Source of the DNA: Sphingomonadales bacterium
Lineage (GTDB): Bacteria > Bacteroidota > Bacteroidia > Chitinophagales > Chitinophagaceae
Direction of reading: 5' to 3'
Length of the DNA stretch: 64,000 bases
Assembly: GCA_016872195.1 (NCBI GenBank)
Contig: VHAT01000010.1
Location: 90-64,089, forward strand
Positions 47,034 to 55,717 of this stretch are shown piece after piece. Both the position numbers and the translations under genes were made by a program. Numbering within the stretch: position 1 is the first letter of the stretch; the number at the start of each line of letters is the position of its first letter. The notes under the pieces are model-generated. The model worked only from the letters and a program-made list of their open reading frames with translations. It searched no databases and was not told the DNA's origin.

Positions 47034-49733
47034 ATGGCTACCAAGCGCCGTAATACGTCTAAAAAGGGGGATACTGAAAACCGTAAAGGAGATAAAGGTC
47101 TTCGCGAGTTTACTGATGAAAAAGAGGATGCCTTCAGTTGGGTCGAACTGGCCCGCGACGAACGAACCTTAAAGATCATCGGCCTTCTCTTTTTGGTCCT
47201 TTCCATTTTTCTATTTATTTCCTTTGCCTCTTACCTATTTACTTGGAAGCAAGACCAAGCCATCGCGCAGCAAGGATTTTCAGCGTTGCTCTACGAGGAT
47301 AAACCGGCCCTTAATTGGTTGGGTCGACTCGGCGCCGTTGTCTCTCATTTTTTCTTTTTCAAGGCATTTGGTATCGCTTCTTTTTTGGTCTGTACTTTCT
47401 TTTTTGTCGTTGGGGTCAATTTACTTTTTCGACAAAAGGTGTTCTCCATTTGGCGTAATCTCAAGTATGTTACGGTAGGCACTACCGTTCTCTCTGTATC
47501 GATGTCCTTTCTTTTTGCGAGAAGTGCATTTGCTTTTGGCGGGGGAGTAGGAAATCTGCTTAATCGTGAGTTGCAGGGTTTTTTGGGGCTAGTCGGTACC
47601 GGTGCTTTCTTGTTGCTGGTGGTAGGGGCTTACGTTATTTGGCAGATCAATCCCAGCTTTTCCTTTCTGAAAAAAACGGTTGCACCTGCAGAAGAACTTT
47701 CTGTCGAAGAGAATACAGCGGAGAGTTCAGATGATGCGGAAGAACAGGCAGCGCAAACGGAGTCTGTCACTCCCTTGCCGATTACAGAAGGGAAAGAAGA
47801 ACCCAAGCCATTGGATGCATCCTTTATTCCACCTGTTACGGGCCCAACGATCAATGATAGGTATGCCCAGGGAGCGAATGCGCTTCAGTACCACGAGGGA
47901 CCCTACACCGAAAATACCGATTCCGCCAGTGCGGAAACAAACGAAGTGTTGCCCCTTGAATCTGTAACCATCCCCTTAGAGCTGTCCCCTGTTGCCATCG
48001 CCGATGACAGTGATGCGATTGACGGAGATTCGATCTCACTTGAATCAAGCCAGACAGTAGAGATAGAAGAGGAGAAAGCAGGTTCGGTCACTGATTTAGA
48101 AGTGACGCCGACTAAAGAGATCTCTTCTGCACAGGACACCACGGGCACGGATGATCTTCAATTAGAGATCAAGACCGTGCCAGCGGAGGCGATCGAAGAG
48201 GACGCCATTGTCCCAGAGAACCTTCCACCCTACGAGCCCACGCTTGATCTTAGTAATTATAAGTATCCCTCGTTGAGTCTGCTCGAGCAACATGGCTCCG
48301 ACAAGATCGTGCAGGACAATAACGATCTCGAAAATCAAAAGAACCAGATCATCACTACGCTTCGCAATTATGCGATCGAGATCCAAAAGATCAGTGCTAC
48401 AATTGGACCTACGGTTACTTTATACGAGATCGTGCCGGCCCCCGGAGTGCGTATATCACGCATCAAGAATTTGGAGGATGATATTGCACTCAGTTTAGCC
48501 GCATTGGGCATTCGTATTATTGCTCCCATACCCGGAAAGGGGACCATTGGTATAGAGGTGCCCAATATCAAGAAGACCGTGGTAAGCATGCGGAGTCTTC
48601 TTTCTTCAGAGAAGTTTCAGCACAATAATTATAGTTTACCCATCGGTATTGGAAAACGTATCGATAACGAAAATTATATCGTTGATCTCACTTCGATGCC
48701 CCACTTGTTGATGGCGGGCGCGACCGGGCAAGGTAAGTCGGTGGGATTGAATGCCATTCTTGTTTCTTTGCTATACAAGAAACATCCATCTCAACTCAAG
48801 TTCGTGTTGATCGATCCCAAAAAAGTGGAGTTGAGTATCTATCGTCATATCGAAAAACATTTTTTAGCCAAACTGCCGGGCGAAGAGGATTCCATTATTA
48901 CCGATACCAAAAAAGTGATCCATACCCTCAATGCACTTTGCATTGAGATGGACAATCGGTACGACTTGTTAAAGGAGGCGGGTGCGCGTAATATCAAGGA
49001 ATACAACGAAAAGTTCATCAAGCGAAAGCTCAATCCGCAAAAGGGCCATCAATATCTTCCTTTTATCGTGCTGGTCATCGATGAGTTTGCCGATCTGATC
49101 ATGACGGCTGGTAAGGAAGTGGAAACGCCCATTACGCGTCTGGCTCAGCTGGCCCGTGCCATTGGAATTCATCTGATCATTGCCACACAGCGCCCTTCTG
49201 TCAATATCATTACCGGTACCATCAAGGCCAATTTTCCGGCACGAATTGCATTTAAGGTTTCTTCCAAGATCGACTCCCGTACCATTTTGGATACCGGGGG
49301 GGCAGAACAGTTGATCGGGAAAGGCGATATGCTTATTTCACATCATGGAGAACTGACTCGATTGCAGTGTGCTTTCGTTGATACGCCCGAGGTGGAGCGC
49401 ATCGTTGATTTTATCAGCGAGCAGCAAGGATACCCACAGGCCTTTTTATTGCCTGAATATGTCGATGAAAAGGAAATGGAGGGGCGGGAGCTTGATTTGG
49501 ATGACCGGGATTCGCTTTTCGATGATGCAGCTCGCATGATCGTTCAACAGCAGATCGGCTCTACCTCGCTGCTGCAACGCAGAATGAAATTAGGCTATAA
49601 CCGGGCCGGCCGATTAATGGATCAGCTTGAGATCGCCGGTATTGTAGGGCCGGCACAGGGTAGTAAACCCCGTGAAGTACTCATAAAGACCGAGGCCGAT
49701 TTGCAACGCCACCTGGAACAACTTGGGTCCTGA
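47034..49733 (+). CDS. ftsK: DNA translocase FtsK
   Basis: N-terminal TM domain, acidic linker, IRIIAPIPGK, MPHLLMAGATGQGKS, IDEFADL, ATQRPS and gamma domain LQRRMKLGYNRAGR. Confidence 0.98.
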   Translation: MATKRRNTSKKGDTENRKGDKGLREFTDEKEDAFSWVELARDERTLKIIGLLFLVLSIFLFISFASYLFTWKQDQAIAQQGFSALLYEDKPALNWLGRLGAVVSHFFFFKAFGIASFLVCTFFFVVGVNLLFRQKVFSIWRNLKYVTVGTTVLSVSMSFLFARSAFAFGGGVGNLLNRELQGFLGLVGTGAFLLLVVGAYVIWQINPSFSFLKKTVAPAEELSVEENTAESSDDAEEQAAQTESVTPLPITEGKEEPKPLDASFIPPVTGPTINDRYAQGANALQYHEGPYTENTDSASAETNEVLPLESVTIPLELSPVAIADDSDAIDGDSISLESSQTVEIEEEKAGSVTDLEVTPTKEISSAQDTTGTDDLQLEIKTVPAEAIEEDAIVPENLPPYEPTLDLSNYKYPSLSLLEQHGSDKIVQDNNDLENQKNQIITTLRNYAIEIQKISATIGPTVTLYEIVPAPGVRISRIKNLEDDIALSLAALGIRIIAPIPGKGTIGIEVPNIKKTVVSMRSLLSSEKFQHNNYSLPIGIGKRIDNENYIVDLTSMPHLLMAGATGQGKSVGLNAILVSLLYKKHPSQLKFVLIDPKKVELSIYRHIEKHFLAKLPGEEDSIITDTKKVIHTLNALCIEMDNRYDLLKEAGARNIKEYNEKFIKRKLNPQKGHQYLPFIVLVIDEFADLIMTAGKEVETPITRLAQLARAIGIHLIIATQRPSVNIITGTIKANFPARIAFKVSSKIDSRTILDTGGAEQLIGKGDMLISHHGELTRLQCAFVDTPEVERIVDFISEQQGYPQAFLLPEYVDEKEMEGRELDLDDRDSLFDDAARMIVQQQIGSTSLLQRRMKLGYNRAGRLMDQLEIAGIVGPAQGSKPREVLIKTEADLQRHLEQLGS

Positions 49734-49848
49734 TTTTTGTTAGCATCTTGTTAAGACCGAAGCCCTTAGAAAGCCCCTGGTTTTTGCTTCGTCTAATTCA
49801 GGAATTGGTATATCTTCGGCGCAACTTTACTGATCGTAAAACCCCTGC

Positions 49849-50514
49849 ATGAAAACAAGATACCTGTTGACAATTCTGATGGTATGGCAAATAGCTTCTC
49901 TATCTGCTCAAACCAGTTCTGCTGTTCGTAACGACCCGGAAGCCAAAAAAATATTGGATGCGGTCAGTGCTAAGTTCAAATCATATACTTCTGTACAGGC
50001 TTCTTTTACGTACAAGGTAGAGAATGCGACGGGAAAGGCCTTGTCCACCAAAACGGGTACTATTACCATGAAGGGAACCAAGTACCGCCTGGTCTTTGGC
50101 GGTCAGGAGATCATCTGTAATGGCACTACTGTTTGGAATATAGACAAGGCTGCCAATGAGGCGACCATCAGTACGCTCGATGCCTCGAGTGGAATGATCA
50201 CGCCGCAAAAACTGTTCTCCAATTTCTATGATAAGGACTTCTTGTATGTTTTAAACGGGGATAAAAAAGTGGGTGCCAAAACCGTACAGGAGATCCAGCT
50301 TACTCCGGTTGATAAGTCAAAGAATTTTCACACCGTGTATTTGCAGATCGATAAAGTAGCCAAGTCTATGTACAGTACTCGTGTGCTAGAGAATGCGGGT
50401 AATCGGTATTCTTATACTGTCAATACCATGAAGACCAATGTGCCTGCAGCCGATGCCCTATTTGTTTTCGATAAGTCCAAGTTTCCGGGCATCAACGTAG
50501 AGGACCTGAGATAA
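49849..50514 (+). CDS. lolA: LolA-family outer-membrane lipoprotein carrier protein
   Basis: Signal ...LSA|Q, G.ITMKGTKYRL, ICNGTTVW, ITPQKLF, FVFDKSKFP; ftsK-lolA synteny. Confidence 0.82.
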   Translation: MKTRYLLTILMVWQIASLSAQTSSAVRNDPEAKKILDAVSAKFKSYTSVQASFTYKVENATGKALSTKTGTITMKGTKYRLVFGGQEIICNGTTVWNIDKAANEATISTLDASSGMITPQKLFSNFYDKDFLYVLNGDKKVGAKTVQEIQLTPVDKSKNFHTVYLQIDKVAKSMYSTRVLENAGNRYSYTVNTMKTNVPAADALFVFDKSKFPGINVEDLR

Positions 50515-50516
50515 CC

Positions 50517-51338
50517 TCAGATAACCGCGTTTCGGATCCGAATCATCTTTGTCAATAATTCTTCCAGTTTATGTAAGGGTAGCATATTGGCCCCGTCGCT
50601 TTTGGCCGATGCGGGATCGGGATGGGTTTCAATAAAAAGCCCTTCGACTCTGCTTGCGATTGCAGCGCTGGCTAGTGTCTCGATCAGGGCAGGTTGTCCA
50701 CCGGTAACCCCGGCTGCCTGATTGGGTTGCTGTAAAGAATGCGTTACATCCATTACAACAGGATAGCCCAACTCTTTCATCCAGGCGATGTTCCTAAAAT
50801 CTACGACCAGGTCTTGATATCCAAAGGTGGTACCTCGTTCTGTTAGCAGGATCTTATTATTGCCTGTGTTTGCAATTTTCTCAGCGGCAAACTTCATGGA
50901 AGGTCCACTTACAAATTGCCCTTTTTTTATGTTGATGATTTTTCCGGTACGTCCCGCCGCTTCGAGCAGATCGGTTTGGCGGCATAAAAAAGCGGGAATC
51001 TGTAATATATCAACGTAAGATGCCGCCAGGCTCGCTTCTTCGGCAGTATGAATATCGGTGACTACCGGAATCTGCAGATGCGTGCGAACTTCTTGTAAGA
51101 TCTCCAAGGCAGCCTTGTCTCCAATTCCTGTAAACGAAGACGCACTAGAGCGATTGGCTTTTCGGTACGAAGCCTTAAAAACAAAGGGTATTTGCAAGCG
51201 AACACAAATCTCTTTTATGGTCGAGGCAATGTCAAGGACCATTTGTTCAGATTCTACCACGCAGGGACCTGCCAGCAAGAAAAAGGATCGATCATCATAT
51301 TTTTGTGTCGCGAAAAGGGATGTCATTACCGGTGTCAT
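50517..51338 (-). CDS. kdsA: KDO 8-phosphate synthase
   Basis: LAGPCVVE, FKASYRKANRS, QIPAFLCRQT, IKKGQF, ERGTTFGY, THSLQQP, ETHPDP, SDG. Confidence 0.97.
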   Translation of the reverse strand: MTPVMTSLFATQKYDDRSFFLLAGPCVVESEQMVLDIASTIKEICVRLQIPFVFKASYRKANRSSASSFTGIGDKAALEILQEVRTHLQIPVVTDIHTAEEASLAASYVDILQIPAFLCRQTDLLEAAGRTGKIINIKKGQFVSGPSMKFAAEKIANTGNNKILLTERGTTFGYQDLVVDFRNIAWMKELGYPVVMDVTHSLQQPNQAAGVTGGQPALIETLASAAIASRVEGLFIETHPDPASAKSDGANMLPLHKLEELLTKMIRIRNAVI

Positions 51339-51379
51339 GTTGCAAAAGTAGTGGTAAGTTTGCCAAATATATTCCGGCC

Positions 51380-52321
51380 ATGCACAATGAGAAAATTCTG
51401 ATCATCGGCGCCTCCGGGCAGATCGGGGTAGAGTTGACCCTTGCCCTTCGCAATCGGTATGGGTCTGCCAATGTAGTGGCTGCCGATCTGCGAGATCAAA
51501 ATTCATTGCTTGAGGGGACGGGGCCCTACGTTTCGCTCGATGTAATGAATAAAGACAGGCTTCGTGATCTGGTCGCTCAGCATGAAATCACCCAAATCTA
51601 TTTATTGGCGGCCATGCTCTCCGCTACCGGAGAAAGAAATCCTGCGATGGCCTGGGATCTCAATATGCAAGGGCTACTCAATGTGTTGGATATTGCCCGC
51701 GAAGAGAAATTGAATAAGGTATTTTGGCCCTCTTCCATTGCTGTATTTGGTCCAAGCTCTCCCCGCATCAACTGCCCGCAGCAAACGATCATTGAGCCCA
51801 CTACCATTTATGGCATCAGTAAATATGCCGGAGAGTTCTGGTGTCGTTATTATTGGCAGCGCTACGGTGTGGATGTGAGAAGTATACGGTATCCCGGTTT
51901 GATCTCTTATAAGTCAGCACCGGGTGGGGGTACTACTGATTATGCGGTGGAGATCTATCACGAGGCTTTGTCAAAGCAGTCCTATACGTGCTTTCTTCGA
52001 GAAGACACCTATTTGCCCATGTTGTATATGCCGGATGCTATTCGCGCCACGATAGAGCTGATGGAAGCCCCTGCTGATCGAATTGCCGTTCGGACCTCTT
52101 ACAATATAGCGGCCCTGAGTTTTTCGCCTGCCGAGGTCGCTGCATCGATCCAACGCAAGATCCCTTCATTTACCCTTTCTTGTCAGCCAGATTATCGTCA
52201 GGTTATTGCAGATAGTTGGCCCCAAAGTATCGATGACAGCGTGGCTCGTCATGACTGGGGCTGGACACCCCAATACAATCTGGATGCCATGACCGATGAT
52301 ATGCTACAGCATCTTGGTTAG
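51380..52321 (+). CDS. NAD-dependent epimerase/dehydratase family, L-threonine 3-dehydrogenase-like
   Basis: GASGQIG, LSATGE, PSSIAVFG, YGISK, PGGGTTDYAV, ADSWP. Confidence 0.85.
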   Translation: MHNEKILIIGASGQIGVELTLALRNRYGSANVVAADLRDQNSLLEGTGPYVSLDVMNKDRLRDLVAQHEITQIYLLAAMLSATGERNPAMAWDLNMQGLLNVLDIAREEKLNKVFWPSSIAVFGPSSPRINCPQQTIIEPTTIYGISKYAGEFWCRYYWQRYGVDVRSIRYPGLISYKSAPGGGTTDYAVEIYHEALSKQSYTCFLREDTYLPMLYMPDAIRATIELMEAPADRIAVRTSYNIAALSFSPAEVAASIQRKIPSFTLSCQPDYRQVIADSWPQSIDDSVARHDWGWTPQYNLDAMTDDMLQHLG

Positions 52322-52341
52322 GTCTTTCCTTTTTTTTGTAT

Positions 52342-52842
52342 CTATTCAGTTGCGTAGCTTATCGTATAGCTTTTTAGCAGACAGGCAACGATCTGCTCAA
52401 GATAGTGTTGATCGGTAGCGTCAAAATCGCATCGCTTTTCGCTATCTATATCGAATACCCCAATACAATGGCCCTGATAAAGTAAGGGGATAACGATCTC
52501 GGAGCACGACAGGCTGCTACAGGCAATATGGCCGGGAAAAGTGTGTACGTCTTCGACCAAAATGGTCTTTTCTTGCTGCCAGCTGGTGCCACAAACTCCT
52601 CTCCCTTTTTGAATTCGGGTACAGGCCACTGGTCCCTGAAAAGGCCCTAGAACCAGCTCGTTGCCTTTTACCAGATAAAAACCCACCCAGAGCCAGCCAA
52701 ACTGCTCTTTGAGTGCGGCGCAAGTATTGGCCATATTGGCTATAAAGTCGGTCTCTCCCTCGAGTAGTCCGTTCAACTGCGGCAAGAGGCTGAGGTATTG
52801 CTCTGCTTTTGTGCCGTGGATAATTTTTAGATCTTCTGCCAT
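52342..52842 (-). CDS. msrC: GAF-domain free methionine-(R)-sulfoxide reductase (fRMsr/MsrC)
   Basis: WVGFY, GPFQGPVAC, GVCG, FPGHIAC, SEIVIP, DIDS; all three catalytic Cys are present. Confidence 0.88.
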   Translation of the reverse strand: MAEDLKIIHGTKAEQYLSLLPQLNGLLEGETDFIANMANTCAALKEQFGWLWVGFYLVKGNELVLGPFQGPVACTRIQKGRGVCGTSWQQEKTILVEDVHTFPGHIACSSLSCSEIVIPLLYQGHCIGVFDIDSEKRCDFDATDQHYLEQIVACLLKSYTISYATE

Positions 52843-52896
52843 AGCTGCAAAGATAGAATCCTTTACCCTTTGTAACTTTAGAGTAACAATCCTGCC

Positions 52897-55707
52897 ATGC
52901 GATTTTTTGTCTTGGTTTTCTTGGGCCTCTTACTATTCCCCCGGCTCAACGCGCAAGAATTTGGAGGTAATCCGCCTCGCCAGCGATGGAAACAGCTTAG
53001 CTCCGATACCGTGCGTGTGATCTATGCCCCGGGTCTCGATAGCCAGGCGCAGCGAACCTTCTCATTGATTGGTCGGCTGGCTTCGTATGATACTTTTCGC
53101 CTCGGAAAAAAGGTGCAGCCCATCGATATCGTCTTGCAGCAAAGCTCGGTGATCTCCAATGCCTATGTACAACTGGGGCCCTATCGAAGCGAGTGGATGC
53201 TGATGCCTCATTTGAATAATTTTAACACCGGCTCGATCGGATGGAGCGATCTGTTGTCTTTGCATGAGTATCGGCATGTTGAACAGATCAATAATATGAA
53301 TGTGGGAATTAGCCGGGTAGCTCATGTCTTATTTGGGCAGCAGGGGTACGACCTGGCGATCAATGCGGCGGTGCCCAATTGGTTTTTCGAGGGAGATGCC
53401 ACCTGGCAAGAATCAGCACTTAGTATACAGGGTAGGGGAAGGTTACCTCAGTTCTTGAATGCCTACCCGGCCCTGTGGCAGGCTGGCAAAAAGTATTCTT
53501 GGCTAAAGCTTCGAAACGGGTCTTTAAAAGATGTTGTACCCGATCATTATGAGTTAGGGTATGTACTGGTCGGCTATGGGGTCGCCACCTATGGAGATCG
53601 TTTTTGGCCTGCAGTTATTCGTCGGGCCGCCTCTTTTTCTTCTGTGGTGTATCCATTTCAGCATGCCCTAAAAAAAACGGCGGGACTGCATTATTCTCAA
53701 TTTCGAAAAAATGCATTTGATTGGTATCGTAAGCAACAGCCTGCTATGGAACCAGCCGTACCCAATTGGGTACTCAAAACCGAGAGGCGATATGCTACCA
53801 ACAGACAATATCCCTATTGGGTAGGAGGCGATACCCTGCTGCTGCAGAAAAGTAGTTTTGTGCATCGGCCGGGTTTTTATTTGGTCGCTAATAAACGCGA
53901 GCATTTATTACGTACGCTCGATATATCCTTGGATCAGCCCTTTGGATATAAAAAGGGGAAGGTCGTTTATGCGGCCTACGAAAAAGATCCTCGTTGGCAT
54001 TGGGTAAGTTATAGTTCCCTTCGGTTGTTGGATATTCATACCGGTAAGCAAAGAAAGTTAACAAGGCATACCCGATACTTTACCCCAGATCTCGCCCCCG
54101 AGTTGGATAAGGTAATTGCCGTGCAGGTTTCCGCCTCCGGAACAAACTCGCTCGATCTTCTTTCTACGGCCAATGGGAAGGTCCTTTCCTCCTTTCAATC
54201 TCCTAACGGTTATTTCTATACAGACCCTAAGTTTTTATCCGACACCGTGGTCGTTACAGCTGCTCGCGACCAGCAGGGCGCCATGGGCTTGATAAAGCTA
54301 TCGTTGCTGACCGGTCAAGAAGAGTTGTTAACGCCTTTCTTACCGTTTTCGTTAGGGTATCTTCATCCATTCGAAGGAGTGGTCTATTTTACGGCCGGTT
54401 TTTCCGGTAATGATCAAGTCTATTGCTATAGGCTTGAGGATAAAACAATATGGCAACTATCTTATGCCGGCCTTGGCAAATACAATGTACACGCTACCGC
54501 CGATAAGTTATATTGGACCGAGCCCACTGCAGAGGGATATCAGGTAAGAGTAAGCCATATCGACAAAAAACAATGGCAGCTTCTCTCTGCCGATTCCTTG
54601 CCAACCCGCTTTCCAAATGCCGTACCCGGCGCCATCACACCGGAGCAGTCCTTTTTATCTCGTTTTATTTCTTCTCGTCGAACCAGCGATACCGTTTCTG
54701 CCACTCGCTATAAGAAATCAACGGGCTTGGTAAATTTTCATAGTTGGCGACCCAGTTACCAAGACCCCCTCTATAGGTTTTCCTTATACGGCGAAAATGT
54801 GCTCAATACCTTACAAACCGAGTTGTCGTATGAGTATAATGAGAACGAAAGAAGTCATGCGGTGGGGGCCTCTACTACCTATGGGGGTTGGTTTCCGCAA
54901 CTGACGTTGGGTACCCAATATACAATGGAACGAGCCGCGGTGGTCAGGGGACTTCGCAGGGAATGGTCTCAACTCGATACTCGGATCGGAGTCAGCATAC
55001 CGTTACAGGATGTACAGGGAAGAACATTTCGAAATTTGTCCGTAGGAAGTTTTTATGTTTTGCGTAACGATCTATACAAAGGCGTTTATCGCGATTCAAT
55101 AGGGTCTGTCCATTTCAGCTACCTGATGCATCGAGTCCACTTAGCCATTCAAACCCAGCAAGCCCTTCAGCACCTATATCCTCGCTGGGGAATGAACCTT
55201 ACATTACTGGGGCAACATAGTGTTTCCTCTTTCAAGGGCCAGCAAGCCAATGCCGCGCTGAACATGTACCTGCCTGGTATATCACAGCGGCATCATCTGG
55301 TCTTGCAAGGCGCCTGGCAAGAGCGCGACACATTGGGACAACTCAGTTTTGGGAACCGTATGGCCTACAGCCGTGGATTTACCGGGCGGTATTTTAGTCG
55401 CATGTGGAAGATGGGTATCAATTATCATTTTCCATTGTGGCTGCCTGATGTGGGCGTGGCCAGTCTGCTTTATATTTATCGTGTCAGAGCTAACCTATTC
55501 TACGATTATACCACGGTGTATTCCAGGGATAAAAGGCAAAGCGCTCTACAACGAAGTACCGGCGGAGAAATTTTTTTCGATACCAAGTGGTGGAATCAGT
55601 ATCCCGTAAGTTTTGGCTTTCGGGTCAATTATTTGATCGATCGCGATCAGTTTGACGGGTATCGAGGTTGGTTTGCCGAACTAGTCTTACCGGTTACCCT
55701 TTTTTAA
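52897..55707 (+). CDS. Large outer-membrane protein: zinc-metallopeptidase-like domain + beta-propeller + Omp85-like barrel
   Basis: Signal ...LNA|Q; HEYRH (53263-53277) followed by WFFEGDA; TolB/PD40-like repeats; C-terminal strands with YPRWG, YSRGF, NYHFPL, LFYDY and terminal Phe. Confidence 0.6.
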   Translation: MRFFVLVFLGLLLFPRLNAQEFGGNPPRQRWKQLSSDTVRVIYAPGLDSQAQRTFSLIGRLASYDTFRLGKKVQPIDIVLQQSSVISNAYVQLGPYRSEWMLMPHLNNFNTGSIGWSDLLSLHEYRHVEQINNMNVGISRVAHVLFGQQGYDLAINAAVPNWFFEGDATWQESALSIQGRGRLPQFLNAYPALWQAGKKYSWLKLRNGSLKDVVPDHYELGYVLVGYGVATYGDRFWPAVIRRAASFSSVVYPFQHALKKTAGLHYSQFRKNAFDWYRKQQPAMEPAVPNWVLKTERRYATNRQYPYWVGGDTLLLQKSSFVHRPGFYLVANKREHLLRTLDISLDQPFGYKKGKVVYAAYEKDPRWHWVSYSSLRLLDIHTGKQRKLTRHTRYFTPDLAPELDKVIAVQVSASGTNSLDLLSTANGKVLSSFQSPNGYFYTDPKFLSDTVVVTAARDQQGAMGLIKLSLLTGQEELLTPFLPFSLGYLHPFEGVVYFTAGFSGNDQVYCYRLEDKTIWQLSYAGLGKYNVHATADKLYWTEPTAEGYQVRVSHIDKKQWQLLSADSLPTRFPNAVPGAITPEQSFLSRFISSRRTSDTVSATRYKKSTGLVNFHSWRPSYQDPLYRFSLYGENVLNTLQTELSYEYNENERSHAVGASTTYGGWFPQLTLGTQYTMERAAVVRGLRREWSQLDTRIGVSIPLQDVQGRTFRNLSVGSFYVLRNDLYKGVYRDSIGSVHFSYLMHRVHLAIQTQQALQHLYPRWGMNLTLLGQHSVSSFKGQQANAALNMYLPGISQRHHLVLQGAWQERDTLGQLSFGNRMAYSRGFTGRYFSRMWKMGINYHFPLWLPDVGVASLLYIYRVRANLFYDYTTVYSRDKRQSALQRSTGGEIFFDTKWWNQYPVSFGFRVNYLIDRDQFDGYRGWFAELVLPVTLF

Positions 55708-55717
55708 GTCGGTATAA

